Of a stretch of 64,000 nt of DNA, positions 13,501 to 25,202 are shown piece by piece (positions within the stretch are counted from its first letter, which is position 1; every line of letters starts with the position of its first letter). The translations under genes and the position numbers were made by a program. The notes under the pieces were generated by a model. The model saw only the letters and a list, made by a program, of their open reading frames with translations. It was not told the origin of the DNA and made no database searches. Origin of the DNA: Daphnia carinata (lineage: Eukaryota); the NCBI RefSeq assembly GCF_022539665.2, contig NC_081333.1:434001-498000 (forward strand). Direction: 5' to 3'.

Positions 13501-15584
13501 CCTGCACACAGATTGTTTCTGAAATTGAATGGAGCAGTTTGTTTTGTGAAGATGAGCTCGTTGACGGATTGTGGAATATGAAATATTTGGATCATTACAA
13601 CAATTCCACAGAAACAGATCAAGAAATCATTGGATTGGTGGCAAACTGTAACATGACAGAACGCGTGTGGTCGGCGATATTAGACCAACCTGGAAGATAT
13701 GCCCCATCCCTGCTCGGCAAGATAGTTCAAAGCACTGCTGATAACGGGCCTAAATTGACTCAAATGCTTTTGGAACGGCACGGAGATTTCAAAGAGCTAC
13801 CGTTGCTATTGCACTTGGCAGCTTGTAATGAGGGTGACCGAGCTGCTGAAATAGTACAAGTTCTTTTGAAACATGGAATAAATCCAAACGCTGTGGACAC
13901 GGTGGGATTGTATCCTATTCATTATGCAGCTGGCAATGAATCTCCTTCGGCCCCATTGATAACCAAGTTTCTTCTACAACACGGAGCAAATCAAAACGCC
14001 ACATCGACACTTAATGGTTCCACGCCAGTTCTTTTAGCTGCCTCTAATCAAGGAGATTATTCCAGCGAAATTGTCAAACACATGCTCGACCGCTGGGGCA
14101 CTCCTAATGCGAATGAGCTAGTAGAAGCTCTCAAATTAGCAGTGGTCAACAGTGGCGACTCTGCTTCGGCATTAGTGGATTTGTTGCTCGAAAGAAAAGG
14201 AAACGGAATGATACACAATAATGATGGAAAGACGCTAGCTCATATCGCGGTGTCGAACGAAGGGGTGCACGGTTCAAAAATAATGGAAGCAGTGCTTAAA
14301 AGTGGAGTAGAACCTAACAGTCGTGATAACGATCGACGTACACCCCTTCACTTGGCTGCTCTAAAACCAACCTCGAAAACATTTGCTATAGCTAAGGTCC
14401 TGCTAGAAAATGGTGGCGATCCTAATGCCATTGACGCAATTGGCAACACTCCAGTTCATTACGCAGCCGCCAACAAAGAAGAACATGCGTATGAAATGTT
14501 GAAACTTTTACTGAGCAACAGAGGAAATGACCAAATCAAAGGAAACGATGGGCTCACTCCTGTCCATCTGGCGCTGATCAACATGGGAATTTGCGGAGAC
14601 AAAATGAGGAAATTAGTTGCCGTCAATGAAGAAAGCGCTAATGTTCGCCTCAACAGCTCTGGAGAAACGTTACTTCATCGTTTTGTACATGTCAGCAATG
14701 CTCAACTTAATATTGTTCAATCGATCCTCGACCATGGTGGAAATCCTAATGTAAGAGACAAACAGGGACGCTCACCTCTTCACGTCGCGATCCTAAACCA
14801 CTCCCATACTGGGCAAACCATCTTACAGATGCTGCTTGAAAAAGGGGGTAATCCTAATCTTGCCGATAAAGAAAAAAGATTCACACCTGTACATTACGTG
14901 GCTGATAGCCCCGGAGAAAGGGCAGTTGAACTGATGACGATCCTCCTCGAAAACAAGGGAGATGCGAATACACGTGATAATGAAAAGATGACGCCAGTGC
15001 ATCTGGCCGCCAGGAATTCGGGAATTTACGGGCCCGGACTCGTGAAAATTTTACTCGATCATGGAGGAAACCCAAATGCTGTTGACATCCATCGAAGGAA
15101 CCCCCTGCATTGGGCCATAAACAATGAAAATGACGCAATTAGGGAAAAGACGATCTTGCTGCTGCTTGAGAAAGGCGGAAATCCTAATGCCGGTGACAAA
15201 GCCGGTCGCACACCGGTTTTTTATGTCGTTTGTGATAAACGTAGCAATTCGTTGAATGTATTGAAGCTTTTGGTAAAAAAAGGAGGAGACATTTTCCAGA
15301 ATGATTGTCATGACATGAATCCAATCCTCCATGCCACTCGAACAGGAAGTAAAGAATACTGTTTGCCTGAAGTAAAAAAGTACCTCACGAAATTGGTTCG
15401 CAACACGAAAAATGTTCCGGAATCTAAATGGATGGACGGCCTTGGAAATATTCTTCCTAAATATCTAAAGGTTAATTTTGTCAAGCGAGTTCCGGTTGCG
15501 GTTGCAGTTGCATTTGCTATTATTTTTATATCGTTTTTATTATTGCTTTGGTATTCTTTATTTATGTATCTATTTATTTCGTAG
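10573..15584 (+). CDS. Tandem IRE1-like pseudokinase + kinase, about 15 ankyrin repeats, C-terminal transmembrane anchor (about 1,475 aa)
   Basis: Frame-consistent GT-AG exons 10573-10814, 10901-11156, 11234-11599, 11665-11790, 11850-12076, 12140-12932, 12997-13110, 13180-13410 (alternative donor after 13341) and 13512-15584. Kinase 2 has GKGQYAKV, AACKK, HKDLKLANIL, DFG, GTEKYMAPE, SDVYAFG, HPF and DPVKRP. Kinase 1 has FAIKK, YLVMELC, CGDLKLENVL and ISGYG. Ankyrin TPxH motifs follow, then the hydrophobic tail VAVAVAFAIIFISFLLLLWYSLFMYLF. The start codon is uncertain. Confidence 0.8.
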
Positions 15585-15942
15585 TTCCTTGGGTGCTTAA
15601 TTTGGAGAATCATGCGTGAAAAACTGTGCTGGATAAATATACTGGTTATGTAACATACTCCAACATATTACAGAACTTCACAAGAAGTCGTTTGTGTAAT
15701 TTGTGTAATGGCATAAAAAGTAAACAAAAAAAAAGGTTGAAGAAACCGTACCTATTGCCAACTAATTTGCTGACAAGGAATTGTATAGAGCTCCACAGTC
15801 CTGACGTTATTCCAGTCGACAACAAGGAGGGAAGATTTGCTTCTTCAACGTCATAAAGCGCATTAGCGCGGATTCGGAGTAAACATCGGTTTGGCACTAC
15901 ATTCTGGTATTCGTTTTTAATGGCCTCGTTATTTAAAGATAG

Positions 15943-18035
15943 AAAACTTACGATTTCCACCGCCAGGTGAATTCACGGTTGGTTGTGTTTCGTTCCTACA
16001 CCACCAGGTGAATCGTACAGTTGGCTGTGTCAAAGGTTGGTTGAGTTGTTGCGTATTGTACATTGTTTCGCTTTCTCTTTAAACGGTTTGGTTTTATTTT
16101 ATAATAATTTCTCTGATGTTGCTTGACAATTAACCCTTCGGTTGTCGTAGAAGCCAATTAGGAAACAGTTGGTGAAAAAGTAAGTGCTGGAGTTGAAATG
16201 GAATCACATGACTGAATTTCCTTCTTCCCTCGGCTCGCGCCTTTCAGCTGATTCATTATTCTTTTCTCTCACGACGGCGCCAAAGGGTTTCAACAATCTG
16301 TCTTGCGTTTTATTTCGTGAAGTGGTTGTGGGTTTCTGATGGAGCATCAATAGTCGTGCAGGTATTTGGGTGTTATCCTAGTTTCACATAATCCAAAATA
16401 TCTCCTTTTAAAACTATTAGTTTTACCTCTTTCTCTGTTTTGCTTAACTTCATCTGACTGCGCATGAGACTGAAAATGACGTAAGGAAATTCTGCTCTAG
16501 TGCAAAGCTGTGTATTTGTAGACAGAGAAGCTGGCATGGTAATTATGCTTTTAGCTGTTTAACCTATCTTAAGCTGGAGGGCTTGCTGCACCTTTTACAT
16601 GTAAAGGTGGCTTTAATTGGTCCTCTGAATAAGCGTTGTCTTAAAAAATTGCTGGCTACAAATAGCTTGCCTTTCACCTAGCTTGTAGCACAGTGTGTAA
16701 GTGTTAAAAATGCAAAATAATATTTAAAAGTATATAAGATAACAAATATATAAGAGTGTTTCACACTGAGCAAAAAACCAATTTCAATAACATTTTTTAA
16801 TAGTTTTTTTTACACATTTCAAATAAGTTGTACAAATATTATTTTTTATCACAGATTTTCAGAGATTTAAGACATTTCAAAATCGGTCATCATCCAATCA
16901 ATATTAGAATTGCAGTTTGTAGTAAAAATCAAATTTAGCATTGTATTACAAACTCGTTTTCAAGACCAGTCTTGCCAACTAGAAATATGTTTTGTAATCT
17001 CAGGAATCATAATTTTTAGTAAGAAATTATTACTTTTATTGTTTGTCATTATTTTCTTTATTTTGATAGGAGCAAAAGAAAACCCTGGAAAAATGGATCT
17101 GATTAACGCCAAAAATTCCAGAGAAAGAATAATGAACTTAAATGTCATTACTCACGTTGCCAATGGTACATCATCTCCGATTTTTAGCATAAACGATGTG
17201 GCAGTCGTTGTTAGCTATGGAGTAATTATTTAGATGTTAAAGTGGCTCATTTTGGGGGACTTTGGGCAATTTTAGAAGTACAGTTCCGACTAAGCCATTA
17301 GATGGTAATCTTATGTATGTAGTTCATAACAAAGGTTCAGTAATTAATTAAGTAATGGAAAAATCCAAACTTTTCTATAAATCGGTACATTGCTTTTTAA
17401 TGCAGGAATAGACCTAAACACAGCATAAGTGTTAGCAGTACAACTACTGTTGGCCAAAATTGATTTGGTTTGATGAGATTCCATTCTCGAGGATCTGCTA
17501 CATGTGTAAGCATAGTCTTCATTAATAATTTAGATTTTGGTTCTTAACAAAAAAAAGCAATTTTAATGAAATTTAAAATTTCTCTTTCTTCAGCAAATTT
17601 CAGTGCGGCAGATAAGACAAACTGCTCAGTTTGATGCAGGCTTTTAAACATTCTATTTGACACTTATTACCGTATTAATTTGATATGTGAAGCATTTAGT
17701 CGCGAAGAGTTGTAGTTACATTTTTTTATCATATTAAATGAATCAGTACTCTGTATATATAAATACTGTGTGTTAGGTACGGACATTTTTATATGTTTTT
17801 TTTTCTTCTCAGGAGCTGCTCGTCAAATTTTTCTACTGGGACCGTTTGCCAAAACGTGGATTAACTTGGCAATTGGCCGCACGAGTCACAACCACCAAGG
17901 TTTTGGAATCAAGGATTAAAAGACAACCTCTTCGTACGTGAGTATATGACATTCAACCTGGATTCAACCGTTGGCCAATTGATCTTTGATTGATCAGGTG
18001 ACTGGTCTTGGCTACGTGGTTCTTAAGTCACATAG
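15943..18035. repeat. Copy 2 of the diverged direct-repeat cassette, with a longer unrelated interior
   Basis: Same shared blocks, in the same order and orientation, as 8775-9590. Confidence 0.8.
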
Positions 18036-18906
18036 GTGGAATGCAGAAAGACATAATTGTAAATCTTTGATATTTGAAACGTCCTAAGGTATGTTTTCAT
18101 TCGCAATTGATCAAAGAATTTTCTTCGCATGTGCAGTTAACAGACCACAACAAAATTCGCAGTCATGAAGCCTAACCAAGGAAACTCCCGAAAGGTCTGC
18201 AAACACGCAACAGAGTAAGACGAGGCTTTGGATGTATTAATGTGCCGTTCGTCATTGATGTTTATGGAATAATCGGTATCGTGATGTCTTTGCTGCTGCT
18301 ATTTCTGGTATTTTTGCGGTTATCATGTGTATAATGAGGTCTGTACTAGCATACTGCTGCGGTGACAAAATGTGATCATGCTCAATGCGTTATGTAAATT
18401 CTGAACAAACAGCAGAAGTTTCCGTTACGCCGCCGGGAATCTCCAACGAATGCGATATGTGCAGGTCCGGAAAAACTGGAAACGGTAATTTTCGAAATTG
18501 GATTGAACGTCTCTACCATCACGGACATCCCAGCTATCAATCAGGACATTCCCGAGGTGGTATAAGCTTGTGGGGAATGTTTTTACTCTTGTTGCAGAGG
18601 CGTGCAATCACACTTTGATTGTAAATAAGTTGTTTGCTTTGCCGTCAGATTCGCCGTCTGTATCCAAAGAGTTGCTTCGTGTGCTTAACCGCTTTCTTAT
18701 TCTTTTCTCCTAGCGTTGATATTATTTTTGAATGTCAATGTTAGAAAGCCCGAAAAATGATGCCGTGTGCATGAATTGCCCTGGAGACGGTGAGTGTGAG
18801 TTGCATGAATTGCTCTTTATATGCCACTGTTTGAGTACGTAAATTGTTCGAAAGACAGTGATGCTTAAGTTAGGCGAATAATTCGTTAAATGTTGTAATT
18901 CTGCAA

Positions 18907-19065
18907 TTCCTCGGTGTGTCGCAGAAATTCCTCGGTAGGCGTTGCTTAAGTTCTACGGTTCCTCGGAAGGTGGCGCTGCTTAAGTTCTACAGTTCTTCGG
19001 AAGGTGGCGCTGCATAAATTCAACGTTAATTGCACGAGTGATGGGAAGGTGGTGTTCATAAATAA
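18907..19065. repeat. Short imperfect tandem repeat (unit up to 34 bp)
   Basis: TTC(C/T)TCGG starts at 18907, 18928, 18959 and 18993. The full unit is TTCCTCGGAAGGTGGCGCTGCTTAAGTTCTAC(A/G)G. A partial GGAAGGTGGTG lies at about 19044. Confidence 0.75.
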
Positions 19066-19859
19066 TTGCCAGAGATGTCATGGTGATTTAAACCAACATT
19101 CGGCAATTTAAACAGCCCATCGAATATTGCTTGAACTTGTTGCATAAGTTAGGTTTCTACAAGCGATCTAGTATGAAATCATTTTGAAAGTTTGGTAGCG
19201 TGAATATACACTGAAAGGAATATGGCTATAATCTCATAAGCAGGTTAGGCACTGCAATTTATTTGTGTTTTCTAATTCTTGGAAGTAAAAGGCAGGTACA
19301 TATATCAGAATACCGATGTGATTCATTATTAATACGGCTCAGTTAAACTTACGTGATAGATGCCGTAAGTAGACATGACGTGCATGGAACGGCGATTTTT
19401 CGGCAGAAATGATGATGAACAATTGACAATCTAAGCAGGAATCTTTACATTAAATTACAATATGAGCTAACAGATCAAACTGTAGTACCTCAATAAGGCG
19501 ACGGTATTAAAGTCTATGCGTGTTGATCGGCTATGGGAAAAGGTGGAGATACGGTCAAAACAGGATCCAACGACGACGAATAAACCATTGTTACATACCA
19601 CGAAAAGAAGGTAGATAACTTACCGTTAATTTTCACATGAAATATCTTCTAACTATGGCAATCCGTTTTACATAAAAAAAAAAAAATTTCGCCAAAAAAA
19701 AAAAAAAATCACACTTTTTTCTTTTTTTCCGTTACGTAGCCATCTACCGCTCAGACTCGTTATTACTGGCGTAGGCAATTTCAGTCCATTGGATGCCATT
19801 CGCAGTTAGTTCAGTAGCGTGGATGGAGAATAACGCGTGGCTGGAGGAACAATTGAAAA

Positions 19860-21250
19860 ATGGATAAGATAATACAACAAAAAAATGGTAAGTATAAACA
19901 TTATTATATTGGTTTTCAATTATTAATTATTGTTTATTAGATCAAATTATGAAGCTGTAGGCCCAGTTATTGGAACAACACAAAATATTAGATAACAACA
20001 AAGCTAAGGATGGTAGGCCTAATACGTAATGATTCTATTTATTTGCTTTTATTCATTTGTGTTTTGTAGCTCAAATTTTGAGTCTACAAGCTCAGCTAGG
20101 GGAAAAGAACAAATTGGAACGGAACAGTTTCCAAACAGTGAAAGAGGTTTTTCCAAACTCATCCCTAACTGAACATGAGGATGAATTGGCATTAGGCAAA
20201 CACAGTCAGGTACCTAAACTTTTCAAATAAGAATTCAAAATAAGTATAGAATTTTAACAAACAATTATTTATTGTTTAGTTATTCAGTCTACCACCTGAC
20301 AGTGTGTTAAATTTAAATTCTGTTAGTGCTGCACTAAAAGAATTGTTAGTAATAAGTCCATGCAGCGAAGGAAGTGAACAATTGTGGGACCGTATTTGGG
20401 CTGAAAATGGGTGTGGTACAGAAACCCAGAAATAGCATGAGTTCAACATAAAACATGAATTAGGTACTTTTCGGTTTTTTGTCTATCGAAAAAGTATTTT
20501 TAATGCTATTATTTTGCATTCACAGAATTTTAGTGGGGGATCAAGTCAAGTCTGGAAGTGTTACAGGATGGAAGAGTGAGCCTACAGTTGAAAAACACTG
20601 AAAGTGCATTACCATTAAGGTATGAGGTAAAGTAATAGAGTATGCAAATTGTCTAATGAGAAGTACCATCTTGTGTGAATGAATCCTGTGTAACAGCAAT
20701 CCTTTATAGTTCTGTCACAGCCTGAAGCCTCAAATAATTCTGCTTCTCTTGCTAAAGAACAACTTGTCCTTTACGTTCAGAATGTTGGTGAAGCTGGGTA
20801 CTTAAATGGCCCTCAAGATGTTTCATTTCGTTGGCATTGCAGCGATGAACATCATACATGGACTTTTTAGGTATGAAAGGAATTTTCTTGAAAATTTTTT
20901 GAATTTATGACAAAGCATTTCTCCTGCTTTTTGCCAACCATGTCGAATCTATAAAAAAAATTTCATCCAATAGGAAAGGATTTTCATGTACTGGGAACAC
21001 AACTATCAACAATGCAACATTCTAGGGGTGCTATTTTATCATTCAAGAGACTTATACAATGATTTTCATCTGCAATTTGTATGGCCTTTCCCAAGCTTCT
21101 GCCAGAAGTTGAATCTATAAGTCATGTAAGTCACATGAGCAACAATTGAGATGCTTAATGGTGTTGTTTTTCTTTTCTCAGCATAGGTTAATAGTAACAT
21201 TGGATCTGAAAAGATTCTTGGTTGGGGCAAGACACTGAATAAATTGTAAT
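19860..21250 (+). pseudogene. Decayed spliced gene of unknown function in the left arm (mirror copy on the - strand at about 23140-24537)
   Basis: ATGGATAAG...AATG|gtaagt and later GT-AG-bounded exons read MDKIIQQKN/DQ.MKLQAQLLEQHKILDN.KAKD/AQILSLQAQL.../LFSLPPDSVLNLNSVSAALKELL...EQLWDRIWAENGCGTETQKWH.../...VNSNIGSEKILGWGKTLNKL*. Some stops in the left arm are sense codons in the right arm (TAG/CAG, TAG/TGG). Confidence 0.55.
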
Positions 21251-21984
21251 GATTGAATGGATGACATGACATTTCAATACTTAATTTGGATTCCCGAGAC
21301 GGTATCTTATATTTAAAAAATTGAAGTGCATATCTGGGCTCCCTTCTTTTCTGAAGCCCCGTTTCCCCTTGACTTATAATAAGCCCGTAGGGGGTCATGC
21401 CCCTACTGTACGGTATATATAAAAACAACATATACCGAGGTTTGGAGGGCTCTGGCCGGAAAGGGGACGTGGGGTGCCGCTTCGTCCGATGATGTGTTCA
21501 CGGAGGGCGACGTGGCCGTCCACAAATCTGAACTAAAGGTTAATCGCTCCTGTAAAAATGTTCCAAATCTTCAGCTCTTCTTCCGGCTTCTCTTAGCCAA
21601 TCACCGGGTAATCTCCCCGGTGGGTCAACAAGGCAGTGTCTCCCCCTGCCTGGGTTGACGGCAACTTTTGAAAGGGCTATTGTGCCTTTTTAAAGTTGCA
21701 AAAATAATTGTGATATGCAGAGAATTGTCAATAAAATTTTTTTATAAAATATTTTTTCTAAAATTTGTTTCATTCATTGTCTGTGTTCGCTGTGTTCATT
21801 CATTACATTTATCAACTTTGTTTTTTTTTCAATTTTATGTCTTGTTATCTCATTTTTATCACCTTTTTTTATTTAGTTGCTCATTCACGTTTATTATTTA
21901 TACTTTGTTGGTAAGCATTGGGACACGTTCAATGGTAGGCATTGTTTCCACTGGTTTATCGTTCATCTGTAATCATTCAATTAT

Positions 21985-22050
21985 TATCCAGGAATCGAAC
22001 ACTGAATGTTCGGCATACCGCGCCGATGCTATACCAATGAGCCATGAATC
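21985..22050 (-). pseudogene. tRNA-like (Pol III A/B box) degenerate unit 1
   Basis: The - strand reads TGGCTCATTGGTATAGCA-TCGGCgcggtatGCCGA-acattcagtGTTCGATTCC, i.e. A box, anticodon-like stem-loop and B box. Confidence 0.6.
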
Positions 22051-22165
22051 ATATGAATGTTATGTTAGCTTTTTCTAGTCACTTGCGGACTTGCATTTAC
22101 ACTTTGAATAAAACTGAAATGCAATACTGCAATACTCTTTTCTACATTTAGATAGAGATCTTAAT

Positions 22166-22236
22166 ACATCCACTAAGGATTGAACCAAGGGTAACAGTTA
22201 CCGCAGCTAAATGCTCTACCACAAAGCTATGGATCT
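22166..22236 (-). pseudogene. tRNA-like degenerate unit 2
   Basis: The - strand reads ATCCA-TAGCTTTGTGGTAGAGCA...GGTTCAATCC...TGGAT, i.e. A box, B box and a remnant acceptor stem. Confidence 0.5.
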
Positions 22237-22331
22237 CATGAAGGCAATAGAAAGATAAACATTTAGTTGTGAAAGACTGCATTAACATCCTAGACGATAA
22301 TATATGATATGCGATAATAAAAAATTAATAT

Positions 22332-22400
22332 ATATCTCGTGGCTCAATGTTAGAGCATCGGCGTTGCACGCTGAATGTCTGGGGATCGATTCCCATACCA
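22332..22400 (+). pseudogene. tRNA-like degenerate unit 3 (TGC, Ala-like anticodon loop)
   Basis: GTGGCTCAATGTTAGAGCA-TCGGCgtTGCacGCTGA-atgtcTGGGGATCGATTCCCA. No intact acceptor stem. Confidence 0.6.
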
Positions 22401-24557
22401 GTAAAACAATATACAAATACAAAATTACTTCAGAAAATATCCAGGTATTACACGTTGTTCCTTGTCTAAGTTCAAGAATTCAAAAAGTGTAATAAATAAT
22501 AATTGAATACTTACAGATAAACGATACAACGGTGATAAAAACAATAAAGATGAATTGAGCAAGCTAAATAAAAAAAATAGATAAATGTAATATGTGAACA
22601 AAGCGAACACAGATAGTGAAAGAAACAAATTTTGCAAAAAACATTTTATAAAAAAAAAATTATTGACAATTCTTTGCACATTACAATTATTTTTGCAACT
22701 TTAAAAAGGCACAATAGCCCTTTCAAAAGTTGCCGTCAACCCAGGCAGGGGGAGACACTGCCTTGTTGACCCACCGGGGAGATTACCCGGTGATTGGCTA
22801 AGAGAAGCCGGAAGAAGAGCCGAAGATTTGGAACATTTTTACTGGAGCGATTAACCTTTAGTTCGGATTTGTGGGCAACCACGTCACCCTCCGTGAACAC
22901 ATCATCGGACGAAGCGGCACCCCCACGTCCCCTTTCCGGCCAGAGCCCTCCAAACCTCGGTATATGTTATTTTTATATATACCGTACAGTAGGGGCATGA
23001 CCCCCTACGGGCTTATTAAGAGTCAAGGGGAAACGGGGCTACGGAAAGGAAGGGAGCCCAGATATGCACTTCATTTTTTTAAATATAAGATACCGTCTGG
23101 GGAATCCAAATTAAGTATTGAAATGTCATGTCATCCATTCAATCATTACAATTTATTCAGTGTCTTGCCCCAACCAAGAATCTTTTCAGATCCAATGTTA
23201 CTATTAACCTATGCTGAGAAAAGAAAAACAACACCATTAAACATCTCAATTGTTGCTCATGTGAACTTACATGACTTATAGATTCAACTTCTGGCAGAAG
23301 CTTGGGAAAGGACATACAAATTGCAGATGAAAATCATTGTATAAGGCTCTGGAATGATAAAATAGCACCCCTAGAATGTTGCATTGTTGATAGTTGTGTT
23401 CCCAGTATGCTGAAAATCCTTTCCAATTGGATAAAATTTTTTTTTAGATTAGAAATGGTTGGCAAATAGCAGGAGAAATTCTTTGTCATAAATTCAAAAA
23501 ATTTTGAAGAAAATCCTTTCATACCTAAAGAGTCCATGTATGATGTTCATCTCTGCAATGCCAACAAAATGAAACATCTTTAGGGCCATTTAAGTACCCA
23601 GCTTCACCAACACTCTGAACGTAAAGGACAAGGTGTTCTTTAGCAAGAGAAGCAGAATTATTTGAGGCTTCTAGCTGTGACAGAACTATAAAGGATTGCT
23701 GTTATACAGGATTCATTCACACAAGATGGTACTTCTCATTAGACAATGTGCATACTCTATTACTTTACCTCACACCTTAACGGCAACGCACTTTCAGTGT
23801 TTTTCAACTGTAGGCTCACTCTTCCATCCTGTAACACTTCCAGACTTGACTTGATCCCCCACTAAAATTCTGTGAATGCAAAATAATAGCATTAAAAATA
23901 CTTTTTCGATAGACAAAAAACCGAAAAGTACCTAATCCATGTTTTATGTTGAACTTGTGCCATTTCTGGGTTTCTGTACCACACCCATTTTCAGCCCAAA
24001 TACGGTCCCACAATTGTTCAGTTCCTTCACTGCATGAGCTTATTACTAACGATTCTTTTAGTGCAGCACTAACAGTATTTAAATTTAACACACTGTCAGT
24101 TGTTTGACTGATTAATTAAAGAATACAGTATTGTTTGTTTTAATTCTATACTTATTTTGAATTCTTATTTGAAAAGATTAGGTACCTGGCTGTGTTCGCC
24201 TAATGCCAACTCATCCTCACGTTCAGTTAGAGATGAGTTTTGAAAAACCTCCTTCACTGTTTGGAAAGTGTCCCATTCTAATTTGTTTATTTTCCAGTAA
24301 CTGAGCATGTAGACTCAAAATTTGAGCTACAAAACACAAATGAATAAAAGCAAATAAATAGAATCATTACATATTAGGCCTTACCATCCTTAGCTTTGCT
24401 GTTATCTAATATTTTGTGTTGTTCCAATAATTGGGCCTGCAGCTTCATCATTTGATCTAATAAACAATAATTAATAATTGAAAACCAATATAATAATGTT
24501 TATACTTACCATTTTTTTGTTTTATTATCTTATCCATTTTTCAATTGATCCTCCAGC

Positions 24558-25008
24558 CAGACTTGCCGTCCGATTATTTCTTGAGCGATTATCGGTAGCC
24601 GTCGATAATCGCAAAAAAATGATCGGCAATCATTCGTCTGTTGAAAAAATTTGATCGGCGATTAAATTTTTTAGCGATTTTTTTTTATTTTTGACCGCCA
24701 TCTTTACACACAAAAAAATAAAATATGCCATTGTTTAAATTGAAAAAAACTTTAAACAAGTGAAAATTTTAAAAAAAGCGTCTGCTACAAAAATGACAAA
24801 GATTGAGTGTTTTCATAATATTCTCAATCTAAAGTCGTTATTGTTCATAGATGTCGCTAAATAATCGAAAAATAATCGCGATTAAAAATTAATTTTTTTC
24901 CACTTTAATCGCCGATTTCGATTATTTTAAAATAATTTGATCGCCGATTAAAATTTTAATCGAAATCGCAATCGCGATTAATTTTCAATCGCGATTACGG
25001 CAGGTCTG
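24558..25008. mobile_element. hAT-type MITE inserted in the right arm of the palindrome
   Basis: 8-bp TSD CCTCCAGC (24550-24557 and 25009-25016). TIRs CAGACTTGCCG / CGGCAGGTCTG (10 of 11 match). Many AATCG/CGATT motifs inside. The empty site is visible in the left arm (GCTGGAGG single copy at about 19840). Confidence 0.92.
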
Positions 25009-25202
25009 CCTCCAGCCACGCGTTGTTCTCCAGCCACGCTACTCAATTAACTGCTAATGGGATACAATTAACTGAAATTGCTTACATGCCTGTAATAACG
25101 AAACCGACTGATAGATGGCTACGGGTAGAAAAAAGAGAAAAAAGTACGATTTTTTTTTTCCGCCATTTTTTTTTTTTTATGTAAAACGGATTGCCATAAT
25201 TA

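Larger units (their letters stand above)
19657..25195. mobile_element. About 5.5-kb foldback-like palindromic TIR element (arms about 19657-21987 and 22495-25195, spacer about 0.5 kb)
   Basis: Ends are TAT|GGCAATCCGTTTTACATAAAA and TTTTATGTAAAACGGATTGCC|ATA. The arms are reverse complements along their length, e.g. ORFs 21066-21431(-) and 22871-23281(+) encode near-identical peptides. The TIR is shared with the element at 58830-60392. Confidence 0.9.

Noticed and set aside
13411..13511. Internal transmembrane helix (LPLLFIYLFFKFIIFLIAG) in ORF 12937-13581
   Set aside because: It is translation of a T-rich GT-AG intron whose removal joins the kinase and ankyrin frames.
18907..19065. CRISPR-like array
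   Set aside because: Eukaryotic context; units are contiguous with no unique spacers and no cas genes.
18739..19595. Solo LTR (TGTTAG...AATAAA..GTTACA)
   Set aside because: No matching TSD and no convincing TATA box.
21470..21540. Hammerhead ribozyme or C/D snoRNA (CCGATGATG...CTGA)
   Set aside because: No CTGATGA..GAAA core with proper stems; box C is imperfect and there is no terminal stem.
21985..22400. Functional tRNA genes
   Set aside because: Acceptor stems and T arms are broken and the loops are non-canonical, so they are reported only as tRNA-like.
21066..23281. ORFs 21066-21431(-), 22794-23000(+) and 22871-23281(+) as genes
   Set aside because: Non-ATG or weak starts, no recognisable domain, and frames differ between arms; they overlap the hairpin module and the antisense of the decayed gene.
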